The position numbers and the translations under genes are program-made. A DNA stretch of 64,000 bases from NCBI GenBank assembly GCA_963813535.1, contig CAWEZH010000003.1, positions 96,001 to 160,000 of the forward strand. The letters are read 5' to 3'. Source of the DNA: an uncultured Chloroflexia bacterium (GTDB lineage: Bacteria > Chloroflexota > Limnocylindria > Limnocylindrales > CSP1-4). Below are positions 29,965 through 40,240 of this stretch, in pieces. The notes under the pieces were generated by a model. It had not been told where the DNA came from and did no database searches. It worked only from the letters and a program-made list of their open reading frames with translations. Numbering within the stretch: position 1 is the stretch's first letter; each line of letters opens with the position of its first letter.

Positions 29965-30396
29965 TCAGCGCCACGTGGCGATGAGCATGGCCACGATCAC
30001 GAGCGACACCACGTGATACGCGCCGCTGATGACGAACCAGGTCCACGGCTTCGGCTTGTTCGGGTCGAAGACGGCATCCGTCGCCGTCACGGTCAACGCG
30101 TAGCCCACACCGAGCACCAGGCCAAGGACGACACCCTCCTGGAGCGTGTCCGTGCCGGTCGCCGCGGCAAGCAGTCCGGTCGCGATCGATGCCACGAGAT
30201 AGAACAGCGCCGGGCCGGCGTAGCTGACCGGGTTCATCTCCGGTCGCGGGCGCGACTCGTCCCAGCCGATCGACGCCATCCACGGTCGGCCGAACACCGC
30301 CGGCGCGAACCACGCTGCGCCGATCACGAAGTAGATGACCGCGCCGACCAACACGGCAAGCCAGTTGAGCTGACTGATATCGAGGCTCATCGCCAT
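29965..30396 (-). CDS. DUF1761-like membrane protein
   Basis: NWLAVLVGAV.YF.IGA.WF..FG..W; four TM helices; ISGAYH. Confidence 0.8.
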   Translation of the reverse strand: MAMSLDISQLNWLAVLVGAVIYFVIGAAWFAPAVFGRPWMASIGWDESRPRPEMNPVSYAGPALFYLVASIATGLLAAATGTDTLQEGVVLGLVLGVGYALTVTATDAVFDPNKPKPWTWFVISGAYHVVSLVIVAMLIATWR

Positions 30397-30470
30397 CCCT
30401 CCACTGCCCTCTGGCGGCCGACAGCGTAGCCGCCGGATCGACCGCTGCCCAGCGTGCCACGATGCGCGGC

Positions 30471-31856
30471 ATGACCGGGGCCATCTCCTACTGGCTGCGC
30501 GACCCGCCGCCGCCCGGGATCGCCGATCCGCCGCTGGCGTCCGGGGAGCGGCTCGAGGTCGATGTCGCGATCGTCGGCGCCGGGTTCACCGGGCTGTGGA
30601 CGGCGGTCGCCCTGACCGACACCGATCCCAGCCTCCGCGTCGCGGTCCTCGAGATGGAGACGGTCGGCTTCGGCGCGACGGGCCGCAATGGCGGTTTCTG
30701 CGAAGCGAGCCTGACGCACGGCCTGGCGAACGGGATCAAGCACTTCCCCGATGAGCTCGAGACCCTCGAACGCGAAGGGATCGACAACCTCCGGGGGCTC
30801 ATCGCCTTCACCCGCGAGCACCGTATCGAGTGCGACCTCGAGGAGACCGGGACGCTGGCACTCGCCGACCAGGCCTACCAGGTCGACGAGTTCCGGGCAT
30901 GGGTCGACGAGGCCGCAGCGTTCGGTGAGCACCTCGAATTCCTCGACGGCGAGGCGGCTCGGGCGGAGGTGCATTCACCGCTGTGGCACGGGGGCCTGTA
31001 CCGCCCGCCCGGGCGCGATGTCCTGCTCGATCCCACGAAGCTGTGTCGCGGGATCGCCCGAGTCGCCCGTGAGAGAGGTGTGGCCATCCACGAGGGAACA
31101 CGGGTCGCTCGGCTGCGGCGGCGGGCCGGTGGCGTGACGCTCACCACGGCGGGTGGCGCCACCGTCCGGGCGGACCACGCCGTCATCGCGACCTCCGCCT
31201 ACTCGGCGTGGCTGTCGCGCCTGTCCTCGACCTTCGTGCCGGTGTACGACTACGTGCTGGTGTCCGACCCACTGACGCCGGACCAGCGCGAGGCCGTCGG
31301 CTGGCACCGCCGGCAGGGCCTGTCCGACGCGAACAACCAGTTCCACTACTTCCGGCTCACCGCTGACGATCGGATCCTGTGGGGCGGCTACGACGCGATC
31401 CATCACCGGGGCAGCCGTGTGGGGCCGGAGCTCGACCACCGGCCCGCCACGTTCGCCAGGCTCGAATCGCAGTTCCTGCGGGCCTTCCCCCAGCTCGATG
31501 GTCTCGGTTTCCCGTTCCGCTGGGGCGGGGCGATCGACACCACGTCCCGGTTCACCGTCACGTTCGGGAAGCTCTTTGGCGGCCGGGTGTCCTACGCCCT
31601 CGGCTACACCGGTCTCGGGGTCGGCGCCAGTCGATGGGCCGGCGGTGTCGTGCGCGACATGATCCTGCGCCCCGACGAGGAGCGGCTGCGGCTTCGCCTC
31701 GTCACCAGCCCGCCCATCCCGTTCCCACCCGAGCCACTCCGGTCATTGGCGGTCGATACCGTCCGCCAGGAGCTCGACCGCGCGGATCGCAACGATGGCC
31801 GGCGCGGCGTGATCCTGCGCACGCTCGACGCGATCGGCATCGGGTTCGATTCGTAG
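30471..31856 (+). CDS. FAD-dependent oxidoreductase, DAO/PuuB-like family
   Basis: SYWL, DVAIVGAGFTGLWTA, GATGRNGG, HYFRLTADDRILWGG, GYTGLGV. Confidence 0.88.
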   Translation: MTGAISYWLRDPPPPGIADPPLASGERLEVDVAIVGAGFTGLWTAVALTDTDPSLRVAVLEMETVGFGATGRNGGFCEASLTHGLANGIKHFPDELETLEREGIDNLRGLIAFTREHRIECDLEETGTLALADQAYQVDEFRAWVDEAAAFGEHLEFLDGEAARAEVHSPLWHGGLYRPPGRDVLLDPTKLCRGIARVARERGVAIHEGTRVARLRRRAGGVTLTTAGGATVRADHAVIATSAYSAWLSRLSSTFVPVYDYVLVSDPLTPDQREAVGWHRRQGLSDANNQFHYFRLTADDRILWGGYDAIHHRGSRVGPELDHRPATFARLESQFLRAFPQLDGLGFPFRWGGAIDTTSRFTVTFGKLFGGRVSYALGYTGLGVGASRWAGGVVRDMILRPDEERLRLRLVTSPPIPFPPEPLRSLAVDTVRQELDRADRNDGRRGVILRTLDAIGIGFDS

Positions 31857-31878
31857 TCGCGGTCGGAGCAGACGCGAC

Positions 31879-31903
31879 GAGGCCCCGCCGGTGGCGGGGC
31901 CTC
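31879..31903. terminator. Hairpin between convergent genes (probable bidirectional terminator)
   Basis: GAGGCCCCGCC-GGT-GGCGGGGCCTC, an 11-bp perfect stem. Confidence 0.65.
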
Positions 31904-31925
31904 TCGGTGTCGGCGGCGCGGTGGT

Positions 31926-33647
31926 CTACGCGCCCGGGATGCGGACCAGCAGGAGCTGGCCTCCCTCGCGCTTGTACAGCCAGTCGGGACCGGCCGGTGC
32001 CACGGCATCCGGACCCGGTGCGGTCTCGACCCACAACGTGTGGGCCTGGACGTCGAGCAGGAACCAGCCCGATCCGAACCAGCGCGAGACGTCGACGATG
32101 CCGCTCGCCTCCCAGCTGCCGGCGTTGCCCAGCCCGAACCCGGCCGGTACGACGGCACCCGGGTTGCGAACCGTCGGGTCACGATCGGTCAGTCCCTGGT
32201 CGGCGGACTGATCGACCTTGAATGCGACCTCCATCGTGCCCTTCTTCGGGCCGGCGAAGTGGTACCACCAGACGCGCGCCGTGTTGCCGGTGGCGATCGG
32301 GTACTGATTGGCGCTCGACGGATCCTCGGTGATCAGGAGGCTGTTCCTAGTGGCCTCGAGGTTGTCGGGCTGATGGATGGCCGCCAGCGACGCTGCCGGG
32401 TCCTGGCTCGCCAACGGGATGTGATCACCCTCGATGAGGATCGACAAGCTCTTCACCTTCCGCGGATCTCGCGGGTCGATGACCATCTTCCAGATGCGCC
32501 CGTTGCGCGACGCGAACGTGGCCGGTGTCTGGCTCCGTGTCCCGTCGGGGTTGTACGTGACGCCCGTTCCGACGGCCGCGTTCGCACGTCCGGAGTCCGC
32601 GATGTAGACGACGTTCGGGTCGTGCCGGTCGGTGGCGATGTCCTCGACACGCACGAACTCGAACACGCCGGCCGCATCCGAGGCGTTCTCGAGCGCGGTC
32701 TGATCGCCCTTGGCGGCCGCGTCCGGGATCTGGACGAACTCGCCCTCGATGCTCGTACCCGCGTTCGGGACGAAGTCGTAGTAGTCGTTGTAGGTCTTCC
32801 AGTCCTTCGCGCGGAAACCCCATAGCGCGCCCTGGTCGTTCCAGACGGCGTCGGCATCCTTCGCGAAATAGCCGTACACCTGTGACTGGGCTGGGTTCGT
32901 GGTGAACGTGTCATCACCGGTCAGGAGCAGGATCTCGCGCAGGCCGGGGATGGCCACGCTGTTCTCGTGGTTGAGCCGACCCATGCCGTAGATGGGCTTG
33001 CGGGCTCCGCTGGTGACGTCATAGGCCACGACGACGCCGGTCTGCTCGGCGTTCGGCGTTCCGGGCGGGATGGGCTGGGTCCATTCGGGGCCCTGCCCCT
33101 GGCGGAAGACGAAGTCCGTCGCCTCCTCGTTCGTGAACAGGATGTCGCGCGAGAACCCGTGCTCGCGGGTCGCCAGGAAATTGGAGCAGAACCGATGGAA
33201 CCGATCCGCCGACGTGATGACCATGCTGGCATCGAGAACGGCACCGTCATCGCGTGACAGGACCAGGCGGCTCAGCTGCGAGTTGTCGAAGTCGTTGAGG
33301 GAGTTCTCCTGCGTCGGCCCTGCGGCGACATACGGGAATGCCACCGTCGACGTTTCGTGGTTGACGAAGACCTCCACCGAGTCGCGTGGCCCACGCCGGA
33401 CTGCGATCCCGTCGGGGATCGACTCGAACCGATAGTTCCCGAGGACTTCGCCGGCGGTGATGAGCGCATGCGCTCGCGCTCCTGCGGCGACCGGGGTCAG
33501 CATCTCGTCCTGCCCGGTCAGGTAGCCGCGTCGTGAGCCAGGTGCCGCAGCAGCCGGACCTGCGATGCCGGCAAGGAGCACCACGGCGCCGGCCAGTGCG
33601 ATGAGCCGTGCACGGGTGCTGGAACCACGGATCGTGGGCGTTTGCAT
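31926..33647 (-). CDS. Secreted PhoX/DUF839-like beta-propeller protein (putative alkaline phosphatase)
   Basis: Signal peptide, PDG, VNHE, RFCS, GRLNHEN, RVED, QPDN, ITED, WEASG, DVQAH, EGGQL; GAGGAGG RBS. Confidence 0.78.
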   Translation of the reverse strand: MQTPTIRGSSTRARLIALAGAVVLLAGIAGPAAAAPGSRRGYLTGQDEMLTPVAAGARAHALITAGEVLGNYRFESIPDGIAVRRGPRDSVEVFVNHETSTVAFPYVAAGPTQENSLNDFDNSQLSRLVLSRDDGAVLDASMVITSADRFHRFCSNFLATREHGFSRDILFTNEEATDFVFRQGQGPEWTQPIPPGTPNAEQTGVVVAYDVTSGARKPIYGMGRLNHENSVAIPGLREILLLTGDDTFTTNPAQSQVYGYFAKDADAVWNDQGALWGFRAKDWKTYNDYYDFVPNAGTSIEGEFVQIPDAAAKGDQTALENASDAAGVFEFVRVEDIATDRHDPNVVYIADSGRANAAVGTGVTYNPDGTRSQTPATFASRNGRIWKMVIDPRDPRKVKSLSILIEGDHIPLASQDPAASLAAIHQPDNLEATRNSLLITEDPSSANQYPIATGNTARVWWYHFAGPKKGTMEVAFKVDQSADQGLTDRDPTVRNPGAVVPAGFGLGNAGSWEASGIVDVSRWFGSGWFLLDVQAHTLWVETAPGPDAVAPAGPDWLYKREGGQLLLVRIPGA

Positions 33648-33799
33648 GGGCCTCCTCCTCGCGGATCGTGCGGTCGGGGGACTGCCGGGGGTCGATCCAT
33701 GGTGCGCCTGTGGCCGGGATGGAGGCAACCGGGCGCTCGGTTCAGCGACCTGGCCTGGTGACCGATCGCACCGCTTTCTGGTTGCTCGAAACGCTGCGC

Positions 33800-35479
33800 C
33801 TAGGCCGGCGTGGCGACCCAGGTCGGGAGCTCCCGGGCGAGCGTGGCGAGGGGCAGGGAGCCGTGGCCGAGCACCTGGTCGTGGAACTCGCGCAGGTCGA
33901 AGCGGGACCCGTCTCGCTCCTCGATCTGGCGTCGCAGGTCCTGGATCTGGCGCTTGCCGAGCATGTACGTCAGCGCCTGGCCTGGCCAGCAGATGTACCG
34001 ATCGGTCTCGATGACGGCGTCGGTCTCGGACAGGCCGGCATCGTTGCGCAGGAAGTCGATCGACCGCTGGCGCTCCCAGTGCTTGGCGTGCAGCCCGGTA
34101 TCGACGACCAGCCGTGCCGCCCGCCACGCCTGTGCATCGAGCATGCCGAAGCGCTCGGCCTCTGACCGGTAGAGCCCCATCTCGTCGGCCAGGCGTTCGC
34201 TGTACAGCCCCCAGCCCTCGACGTAGGCGCCGCCGACCATCCGTGACCCGAGCCGACGGAAGGTGATGAGATCCGGGTTCTCCATCTCGAGCGCGATCTG
34301 GAAATGGTGACCCGGCGCCGCCTCATGGTAGGTCGTCGACGCGAGCTTCGTGTACGAGCGCGACTCGAGGTCGTAGCCGTTCGCGTAGTAGATGCCGTCG
34401 CGGTCGCCGTTGGCAGACGGCGGGTAGTAGTACGCGAAGGGCGCGTCCTTCTCCTTGTACTCCTCGACCGGGCGGACCTCGAGGCCGGCCTTCGGAAGCA
34501 CGCCGAAGTAGCGCGGTGCCTCGGCCATGGCGCGGTCGATATCCTCGCGGGCACGCTCGACGAGTTCGTCCTTCGTGGCCGGGGTGTTGCCGGGCATGGT
34601 GCTGAGAGACGCACGGTAGGCGGCCATGTCGTCGCCGAAGCCGGCGGCGCGGGCGATCGCCCGGCGCTCGTCATCGATCGACTCGAGCTCCTCGAGACCG
34701 ATCCGGTGGATCTCCTCGGGGTCCATCTCGAGCGTGGTCCAGCTCCTGATCGCGGTCCGGTAGATCGCCTCGCCGTTCGGCGCCGACCAGATCCCGGGCT
34801 CCTCGCGGCTGGCGTGGCGGTATTCACCCTGGAGGGCCTCCAGGAACGCCGCGTCGGCCGGGTAGACCACATCGCGGACGACGTCGCGGATCCGCTCGCG
34901 ATCGGCATCGGACGCGCCCTGCACGCTGCCCGGCACGATGGCCGCGTCGATCGGGATGGCAAGCATCCGCTCGAGCTGGGCGATCACGCGCTCGGTCACG
35001 ATCGAGGGCGCGGTGAGGCCGCTGCCGAGCGCCTCGCGCAGGATGTCGGTGTTGGCAGCCATGTAGGCCGGATAGGCGTGCAGACGACCGATGAACGCCT
35101 CGAGACGCTCAGGCGTGTCGACCGGCTGGAATGCGGTCAATTGGGGCAGCAGCTGCTGCGGGCCGCCCATCTGGTCGACGACACGCAGCTGGTGCAGCCC
35201 GTGGTCATCCTCCTCGACCCCGAGCTCCCCGATGACCTGGAGCATGTCGCGCGTGATGCGCTCCTCGGTCGACAACGCCTCGACCGGGATCGCGGCCGCC
35301 GCGGCCGCCGTGTGCTCCATGTGCTCGCGCGTCCGGGCTCGCCCTGCGGGTGACGGGTCCTCGAGTCGGTCGGCATATCGCGAATCGCCGTAGAACGTGG
35401 CGGTCGTCGGGTTGAGCTCGAGGATGCCTTCCCAAAATCGATGGGCGAGGTCGTTGACGGCAGACGGCTGATCGGTCAC
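33800..35479 (-). CDS. DUF885 family protein (putative metallopeptidase)
   Basis: YHEAAPGHHFQ, YVEGWGLYSE, RAARLVVDTGLH, DRY..WPGQALTY. Confidence 0.92.
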   Translation of the reverse strand: MTDQPSAVNDLAHRFWEGILELNPTTATFYGDSRYADRLEDPSPAGRARTREHMEHTAAAAAAIPVEALSTEERITRDMLQVIGELGVEEDDHGLHQLRVVDQMGGPQQLLPQLTAFQPVDTPERLEAFIGRLHAYPAYMAANTDILREALGSGLTAPSIVTERVIAQLERMLAIPIDAAIVPGSVQGASDADRERIRDVVRDVVYPADAAFLEALQGEYRHASREEPGIWSAPNGEAIYRTAIRSWTTLEMDPEEIHRIGLEELESIDDERRAIARAAGFGDDMAAYRASLSTMPGNTPATKDELVERAREDIDRAMAEAPRYFGVLPKAGLEVRPVEEYKEKDAPFAYYYPPSANGDRDGIYYANGYDLESRSYTKLASTTYHEAAPGHHFQIALEMENPDLITFRRLGSRMVGGAYVEGWGLYSERLADEMGLYRSEAERFGMLDAQAWRAARLVVDTGLHAKHWERQRSIDFLRNDAGLSETDAVIETDRYICWPGQALTYMLGKRQIQDLRRQIEERDGSRFDLREFHDQVLGHGSLPLATLARELPTWVATPA

Positions 35480-35537
35480 GAAACAAGCCTCTCGGTGAGC
35501 CGGTGGGGGTCGGCGGCTAGGGTAGCGGGCGACGCGT

Positions 35538-38321
35538 TCAGCCGCCGAAGAGCGGCATCTGCTCACCGCCGCGCTCGACGACCGGGTCGAGTCCGAGCAG
35601 CGGTTCGAGCTCGTCGAGGTCGGGCTGTTCCGTCGCCAGGAACGTTCGCAAGTGGTCCCACTTGATGATGTTCCAGCCGTGCTCCTCGATGGCTGCGCGG
35701 AGGAGCGGCGACCGGTCGAGCTTGTGGCGGATGAGGTCGGTCCGTTCCGGGGCGACCACGAGGAACCGCACGAATCGCTCGTCGGCACCGATCCGGGCGT
35801 GGCGGCGCAGCAGTGGTTCGCCGAGCATGGCGGTCCATTCGACCTCGAACATCAAGGCCATCTTGCCGCGGATGTACCAGATCGCATCGACCTGCGACAG
35901 CGCGTCGACCGCCTTGCCGATGCTGCCCAGGTAGGCGCCCTTCTCCCGTTCGTCGAGCAGATCCCCGAGGTGGCCCTTCTCGTGTCGACGCGCCTGCTCG
36001 CGCTCGGCGATCCAGACCCGCAGCCCGAGACGGTGCCCCGCCTCGGCGATCGTGGCAAGGAGCTCGGTGTGCTCCTGGCTGCGACGCAGCAGGTCGTCGC
36101 TCGTGACGAGGTGGTCGGGTGTGCTGGCGAGGCTGCGATAGCTATCGAGACAGGCACGTACGAGCGTCTCGTCCGGCAGGTCATGACCGGTGAACAGGGT
36201 CGCGATGCGATCGTAGAACGCGGTCTCGGACAGCGGACCGGCCGTCGACAGCAGGCTGAAGACCGCCCACTCCACGCGATCGGCGAGGGGCTGCGCCGCA
36301 GCGTCCCGATCGGCCGCCTCGGCCAGCCACCAGCGACCCGGCTCGATCTCGGTGAGCCGGCGCTGGTCAGGTCGCGTGAGCTCATCGCGGATGAGCGCCA
36401 GCAGCCGCTCGACGGGGTCGGGCGCCGGGTCGACGACCGCGGCTGCTCGCCGGGTCGCGACCGGTGGCCCGGAACCGCCCTCGGCGAGCTCGGCCGCGGG
36501 CCGCGCGGCTGGGCCGCCGGACGGCGCAGCGGGTGGCATCGTCGGCGTCGCAGGGTCCGTCGTCGGCGGTCTCGGATCGTCGGTGCGGGGGGCGGGCGGA
36601 TCGGTCGGTCGTCCACCGGTCGACAGGCGGCGCAAATGACCCGACCGGTCGAGCCCGACGAGGATCTCGCCGAACAATCGCTCCATGCGCGCGGGCTCAC
36701 CACGAGCGCGCAACGTCTCGATCGCCGCCTCGGACACGACCTTCGCGGCGTCGGACGGGGAGAATGGCCGCTGGTCGAATCGCTCGGGTGGCGCGAACAG
36801 GCCCTTGCCGGGCACGATCTCGGGGTCACCCGATCCACCCGGGGCGTATGGCAGCGCGACGTTCGCACGCGTTCGAGGTCCGGGCGGGATGGCCGCTCCG
36901 GGAGGCACGAGCTCGACCACGCCGGCACCGGCGTCATCCGGATCCGACTGGCGGGCCACGACCACGCGGTACCCGGCCGACGCCCCACCGAGCGCGACGG
37001 CGGCCAGCGCCTCTGCGCCACCATCCACCAGCTGGACGACACGCCCATCGCGCGCCATCGACGGCTCGACCGCCGCCAGCGAGCGACCGACGGTCACCGC
37101 CTGCCAGGACCAGGGTGCGCGAAGCGACGCGTCCGCGAGCGCATCGATGGGCAGGAGGGCGGCGGCTTCACGTCCAAGGGTCCAGGCGGTGCCGTGGTAG
37201 GCGACCGCGAGACGATCGAGGCTCGGGCGCATCGGCGGCTGACCGAGGACGAGCCGGATCCTCGGCGTCGGACCGCCGGTCCGGCCGAACCCGTCGCCGT
37301 CGCTGAGCGCCCGAACGGCGGATGGACTCGCGACCGCCAGCACGGCCGTCGCCGACCCCTCGGACAACGCCTGCAGGTCCTCGCCGAGACGAGCCTGCAG
37401 CGGGCCGAGCGCGCCGCCTTCGAGATGCTGGACGAAGCCGCGAACGGTCCGGAACCCCTCCTCGAACGCCAGCCACGGGTTGCGCTCCCGCCACTGGGCG
37501 GCGGCGGGCAACCGTACGCGGCCGCCGGCGACGCGCAGGGCGCCGCCGCGACCGGCGCCGGTCGCCAGCCGGCTCGATGGGATCAGCGCGTGGAGCACGG
37601 CCAGGCGGAGTGCCGCGAGGACAGGCGCCGCGCGGAGGTCGGCCTCGATGCGCTCCATGATCGCGGTGAGCGCCAGGAGCTGGCGAGGCGTGTGCAGATC
37701 GAGCAGCTCGTCGACCAGATCGGGGGCACCATCGACGATCGGGAAGCGATCACGTGCCCATGCCCGGGACGCGCCACCGTCGGGATCCTTCAGCGCCCGT
37801 TCGAGGTCGTCAGGCTCCAGCTCGCCGAGCCGCGCCTCGGAGCCACCGCGCATGTCGCGGCAGACCGTGCATCGGTAGTGGCGCTGGATCGGCCTCGCCG
37901 GCGACTCGCCGTCGGTCGACCAGGTGAACTCATCGGCGACGAGCATCCGCCCGCAGGTCGCGCAGCGAGTCGCGAACAGGTCGCCCATCGACACCTTGAG
38001 GCTCAATTCGCCGCGGGGCGAGGCGGACATGCCCTGGAACGCGGCATCGAGATGGCGGACGTCTGGCGGGCGCAGGACGACCTCGGCCAGCATCCGCGTG
38101 AGCGGGCTAGATTCGATCGAGACGGCACGACGCTGACGATCGACCGCGGCGCGCGCCACCCAGCCGCCCCGACCGGCCAGATCGGCGACAACGTCGCCGG
38201 GTCCGGTGTGGGCTTCGATGCGTGCGGCGAGCAGCGCCGATGGCGGCGCCGGGGCAAGGCGCTCGAAGACCGGCAGGTTGCCGCCCACGTCGACGCGTGA
38301 GGCGTGAAGACGGGCAGCCAT
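35538..38321 (-). CDS. Degenerate amino-DNA-methyltransferase-like protein with a Zn ribbon and a C-terminal PD-(D/E)XK-like nuclease domain
   Basis: GPGDVVADLAGRGG (motif I-like), CATC..CTVC, LVLGQPPM in place of DPPY, VDAIWY..FEVEWT; start uncertain. Confidence 0.7.
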   Translation of the reverse strand: MAARLHASRVDVGGNLPVFERLAPAPPSALLAARIEAHTGPGDVVADLAGRGGWVARAAVDRQRRAVSIESSPLTRMLAEVVLRPPDVRHLDAAFQGMSASPRGELSLKVSMGDLFATRCATCGRMLVADEFTWSTDGESPARPIQRHYRCTVCRDMRGGSEARLGELEPDDLERALKDPDGGASRAWARDRFPIVDGAPDLVDELLDLHTPRQLLALTAIMERIEADLRAAPVLAALRLAVLHALIPSSRLATGAGRGGALRVAGGRVRLPAAAQWRERNPWLAFEEGFRTVRGFVQHLEGGALGPLQARLGEDLQALSEGSATAVLAVASPSAVRALSDGDGFGRTGGPTPRIRLVLGQPPMRPSLDRLAVAYHGTAWTLGREAAALLPIDALADASLRAPWSWQAVTVGRSLAAVEPSMARDGRVVQLVDGGAEALAAVALGGASAGYRVVVARQSDPDDAGAGVVELVPPGAAIPPGPRTRANVALPYAPGGSGDPEIVPGKGLFAPPERFDQRPFSPSDAAKVVSEAAIETLRARGEPARMERLFGEILVGLDRSGHLRRLSTGGRPTDPPAPRTDDPRPPTTDPATPTMPPAAPSGGPAARPAAELAEGGSGPPVATRRAAAVVDPAPDPVERLLALIRDELTRPDQRRLTEIEPGRWWLAEAADRDAAAQPLADRVEWAVFSLLSTAGPLSETAFYDRIATLFTGHDLPDETLVRACLDSYRSLASTPDHLVTSDDLLRRSQEHTELLATIAEAGHRLGLRVWIAEREQARRHEKGHLGDLLDEREKGAYLGSIGKAVDALSQVDAIWYIRGKMALMFEVEWTAMLGEPLLRRHARIGADERFVRFLVVAPERTDLIRHKLDRSPLLRAAIEEHGWNIIKWDHLRTFLATEQPDLDELEPLLGLDPVVERGGEQMPLFGG

Positions 38322-38400
38322 CTGCGGAATGCTACCTCCCCTGTGCCAGCCCGCCCCCCTGGGCGTTGCCGTCGGCCTTGCCAACCCCTACGCTCGGACC

Positions 38401-39267
38401 ATGACGACCCCCGCCACCGGTGTCGACCTGGACACGCTCAGGGAGACGATCCAGACGGCCCTTCTCGACTTCGCGACGGTCACGGACGATGTCCTGGAAC
38501 GGCCCTGGGAATGGCCCGAGCACGGTGAGTTGGAGGTGCGCTACGGCTTCTTCCACACCCTGCTCGATCTCGAAGGGACCGCGGCCGAGATCTCCCGGTC
38601 GGGAGACGACCGGACACGCGCTCGATCGATCGTCACGCCCACAGCGGTCGCCGCGTGGGACCTGGTCGCGCTCCTGGCGACGCTCGATGAGGACGACCTC
38701 GACCGGGACCCGGGCGGTGGCGAGTGGACGGCTCGCCGCGCCATCTCCCACATGCTCACGAGCCAGCGTTCATACGCGATCTACACCGACTGGTGGCGCC
38801 AGCAGCGGCTCCCGGCGGACACGCGACCCGTCCCCGAACCACCGGACGACCTCGACGAGCCGGACCAGGAGGAGATCGCGGCCGACGGCTCGCTCGGTGA
38901 TCTGCGTCGGCGGATCCATGCCTACATCGACGAGGCCGCGGCCCGGCTCGCCGATCTCGACGACGCCGAGCTGGACCTCCTGGGCCGCTGGTCGGAGCTA
39001 CCGGTCACGATCGCCTTCCGACAGGGCCGCTGGTCGCCGCACATCGTCGAGCACACGATCCAGGTCGACAAGACGCTGGTGATGCTCGGCCGGCGACCGA
39101 CCGAAGTGGACCGCCTGTTGCGGCGAGTCGGCGTCGCGTGGGGCGCCATCGAGTCGACGCTGTGGCCTATCCCGGCGAACGACGCAGCGCTGTCGCTGGC
39201 TGCGGCCGCCGCCGCCCGGACCGCGGCGACCGCCGCAGGTGTGAAGGCGACCGCCGATCGGGGCTAG
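38401..39267 (+). CDS. DinB/YfiT-like four-helix-bundle protein
   Basis: PGGGEWTARRAISH and HIVEHTIQV; ATG 6 nt after TACGCT. Confidence 0.75.
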   Translation: MTTPATGVDLDTLRETIQTALLDFATVTDDVLERPWEWPEHGELEVRYGFFHTLLDLEGTAAEISRSGDDRTRARSIVTPTAVAAWDLVALLATLDEDDLDRDPGGGEWTARRAISHMLTSQRSYAIYTDWWRQQRLPADTRPVPEPPDDLDEPDQEEIAADGSLGDLRRRIHAYIDEAAARLADLDDAELDLLGRWSELPVTIAFRQGRWSPHIVEHTIQVDKTLVMLGRRPTEVDRLLRRVGVAWGAIESTLWPIPANDAALSLAAAAAARTAATAAGVKATADRG

Positions 39268-39276
39268 CTCTCCGGG

Positions 39277-40134
39277 CTACGCCTCGTCGAGGTCGTCGGT
39301 CTCTTCCTCGAAGGCCTCGTCCGTCGTCGATTCCGGCGGGAGCACGCGGTCGAGGTCCTCGATCTCCTCGTCCTCCTCGTCGTCCTCGAGATCGTCCTCG
39401 AGCTCCATCTCCTCGCGGACGAGGGTGCCCTTGGTGTAGGGCCGCAGGTCGGTCGACTTGGCTGCCGTCGGGAAGCTGACCTTGCCGTAGTTGCTCGGAT
39501 CCTGGAAGGTCTCGCGGATGATGAGGCGGACGTCCTTGTCGCCGAGGCTGGTGACGCCCGCGGCGTACTTGTTGCCATCGGCCATCAGCTTCAGCAGGCG
39601 GGCGGCGACCCGCGGCTCCACGACGCCGATGCGCATGCCGTTGGAGTACGCGATGAGACGCGTCTTTTCCGGGACCAGCTCGACGGCGTCGCCGGGGTTG
39701 ACCTGGGCGAGCTCCTTGGGCGAGGCGAGGTCGGTCAGGTACGCGAAGCCGGTCTTGCCGGTCTCCTCGACGAAGATGCTGACCGGGGCCTTGCTGCCGT
39801 CAGCTGCGGGCACGGTTCGCTCGCCGGCGGCGTTGAGCAGGACCTTGAGCCGGTCGATGTTGCGCTCGGCGATGCGGTTCGTCGGGTCGAGGGCGAGCGC
39901 GGTCTGATAGTGCTCGCGCGCCTCGGCCAGCATGCCCAGCTCCCAGAGGGCCTTGGCGAGACGGTTCTCGGCCTCCGGGTCGGGGCCCAGCTCCAGCAGC
40001 TTGCGATTCGTCTCCGCGGCCTCCTCCCAACCGGCGGCCGACGCCTGGGCGATCGCCTGCTCGGCCAGCTGGCGCTTGGTACGCGTCAGGTTGACCGGGC
40101 TCTGCGGTGTGGTCTCGACATCAGGGAACGTCAC
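39277..40134 (-). CDS. TPR protein with a HIRAN-like C-terminal domain and acidic tail
   Basis: ENRLAKALWELG..AREHYQTALALDPTN (TPR); GDAVELVP..IGVVEPRVAARLLKLM..GNKY; D/E-rich tail; start uncertain. Confidence 0.8.
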   Translation of the reverse strand: MTFPDVETTPQSPVNLTRTKRQLAEQAIAQASAAGWEEAAETNRKLLELGPDPEAENRLAKALWELGMLAEAREHYQTALALDPTNRIAERNIDRLKVLLNAAGERTVPAADGSKAPVSIFVEETGKTGFAYLTDLASPKELAQVNPGDAVELVPEKTRLIAYSNGMRIGVVEPRVAARLLKLMADGNKYAAGVTSLGDKDVRLIIRETFQDPSNYGKVSFPTAAKSTDLRPYTKGTLVREEMELEDDLEDDEEDEEIEDLDRVLPPESTTDEAFEEETDDLDEA

Positions 40135-40240
40135 GGGGCGGAAGTCCTTTCGGGGGCGGTCCGGGGCTCCGCTTTCTAGCACTGGTGGCGAGCGCCGTCA
40201 AACGAGGGCGGCCGAGCCGGTCGGTCGGTCGGTGCTTCGG

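Noticed and set aside
27161-30016. Very long antisense ORFs (also 124-2316, 13501-15792, 35652-38300, 41215-43533, 53531-56113, 56645-58975)
   Set aside because: Shadow ORFs expected in high-GC DNA; they lie opposite well-supported genes and have no recognisable motifs.
33650-33800. Pho box or ECF promoter upstream of the PhoX-like gene
   Set aside because: Only weak partial matches with non-canonical spacing.
35538-38321. Active Type IIG restriction-modification enzyme
   Set aside because: Both the SAM-binding and catalytic MTase motifs are degenerate; reported instead as a pseudo-MTase fusion.
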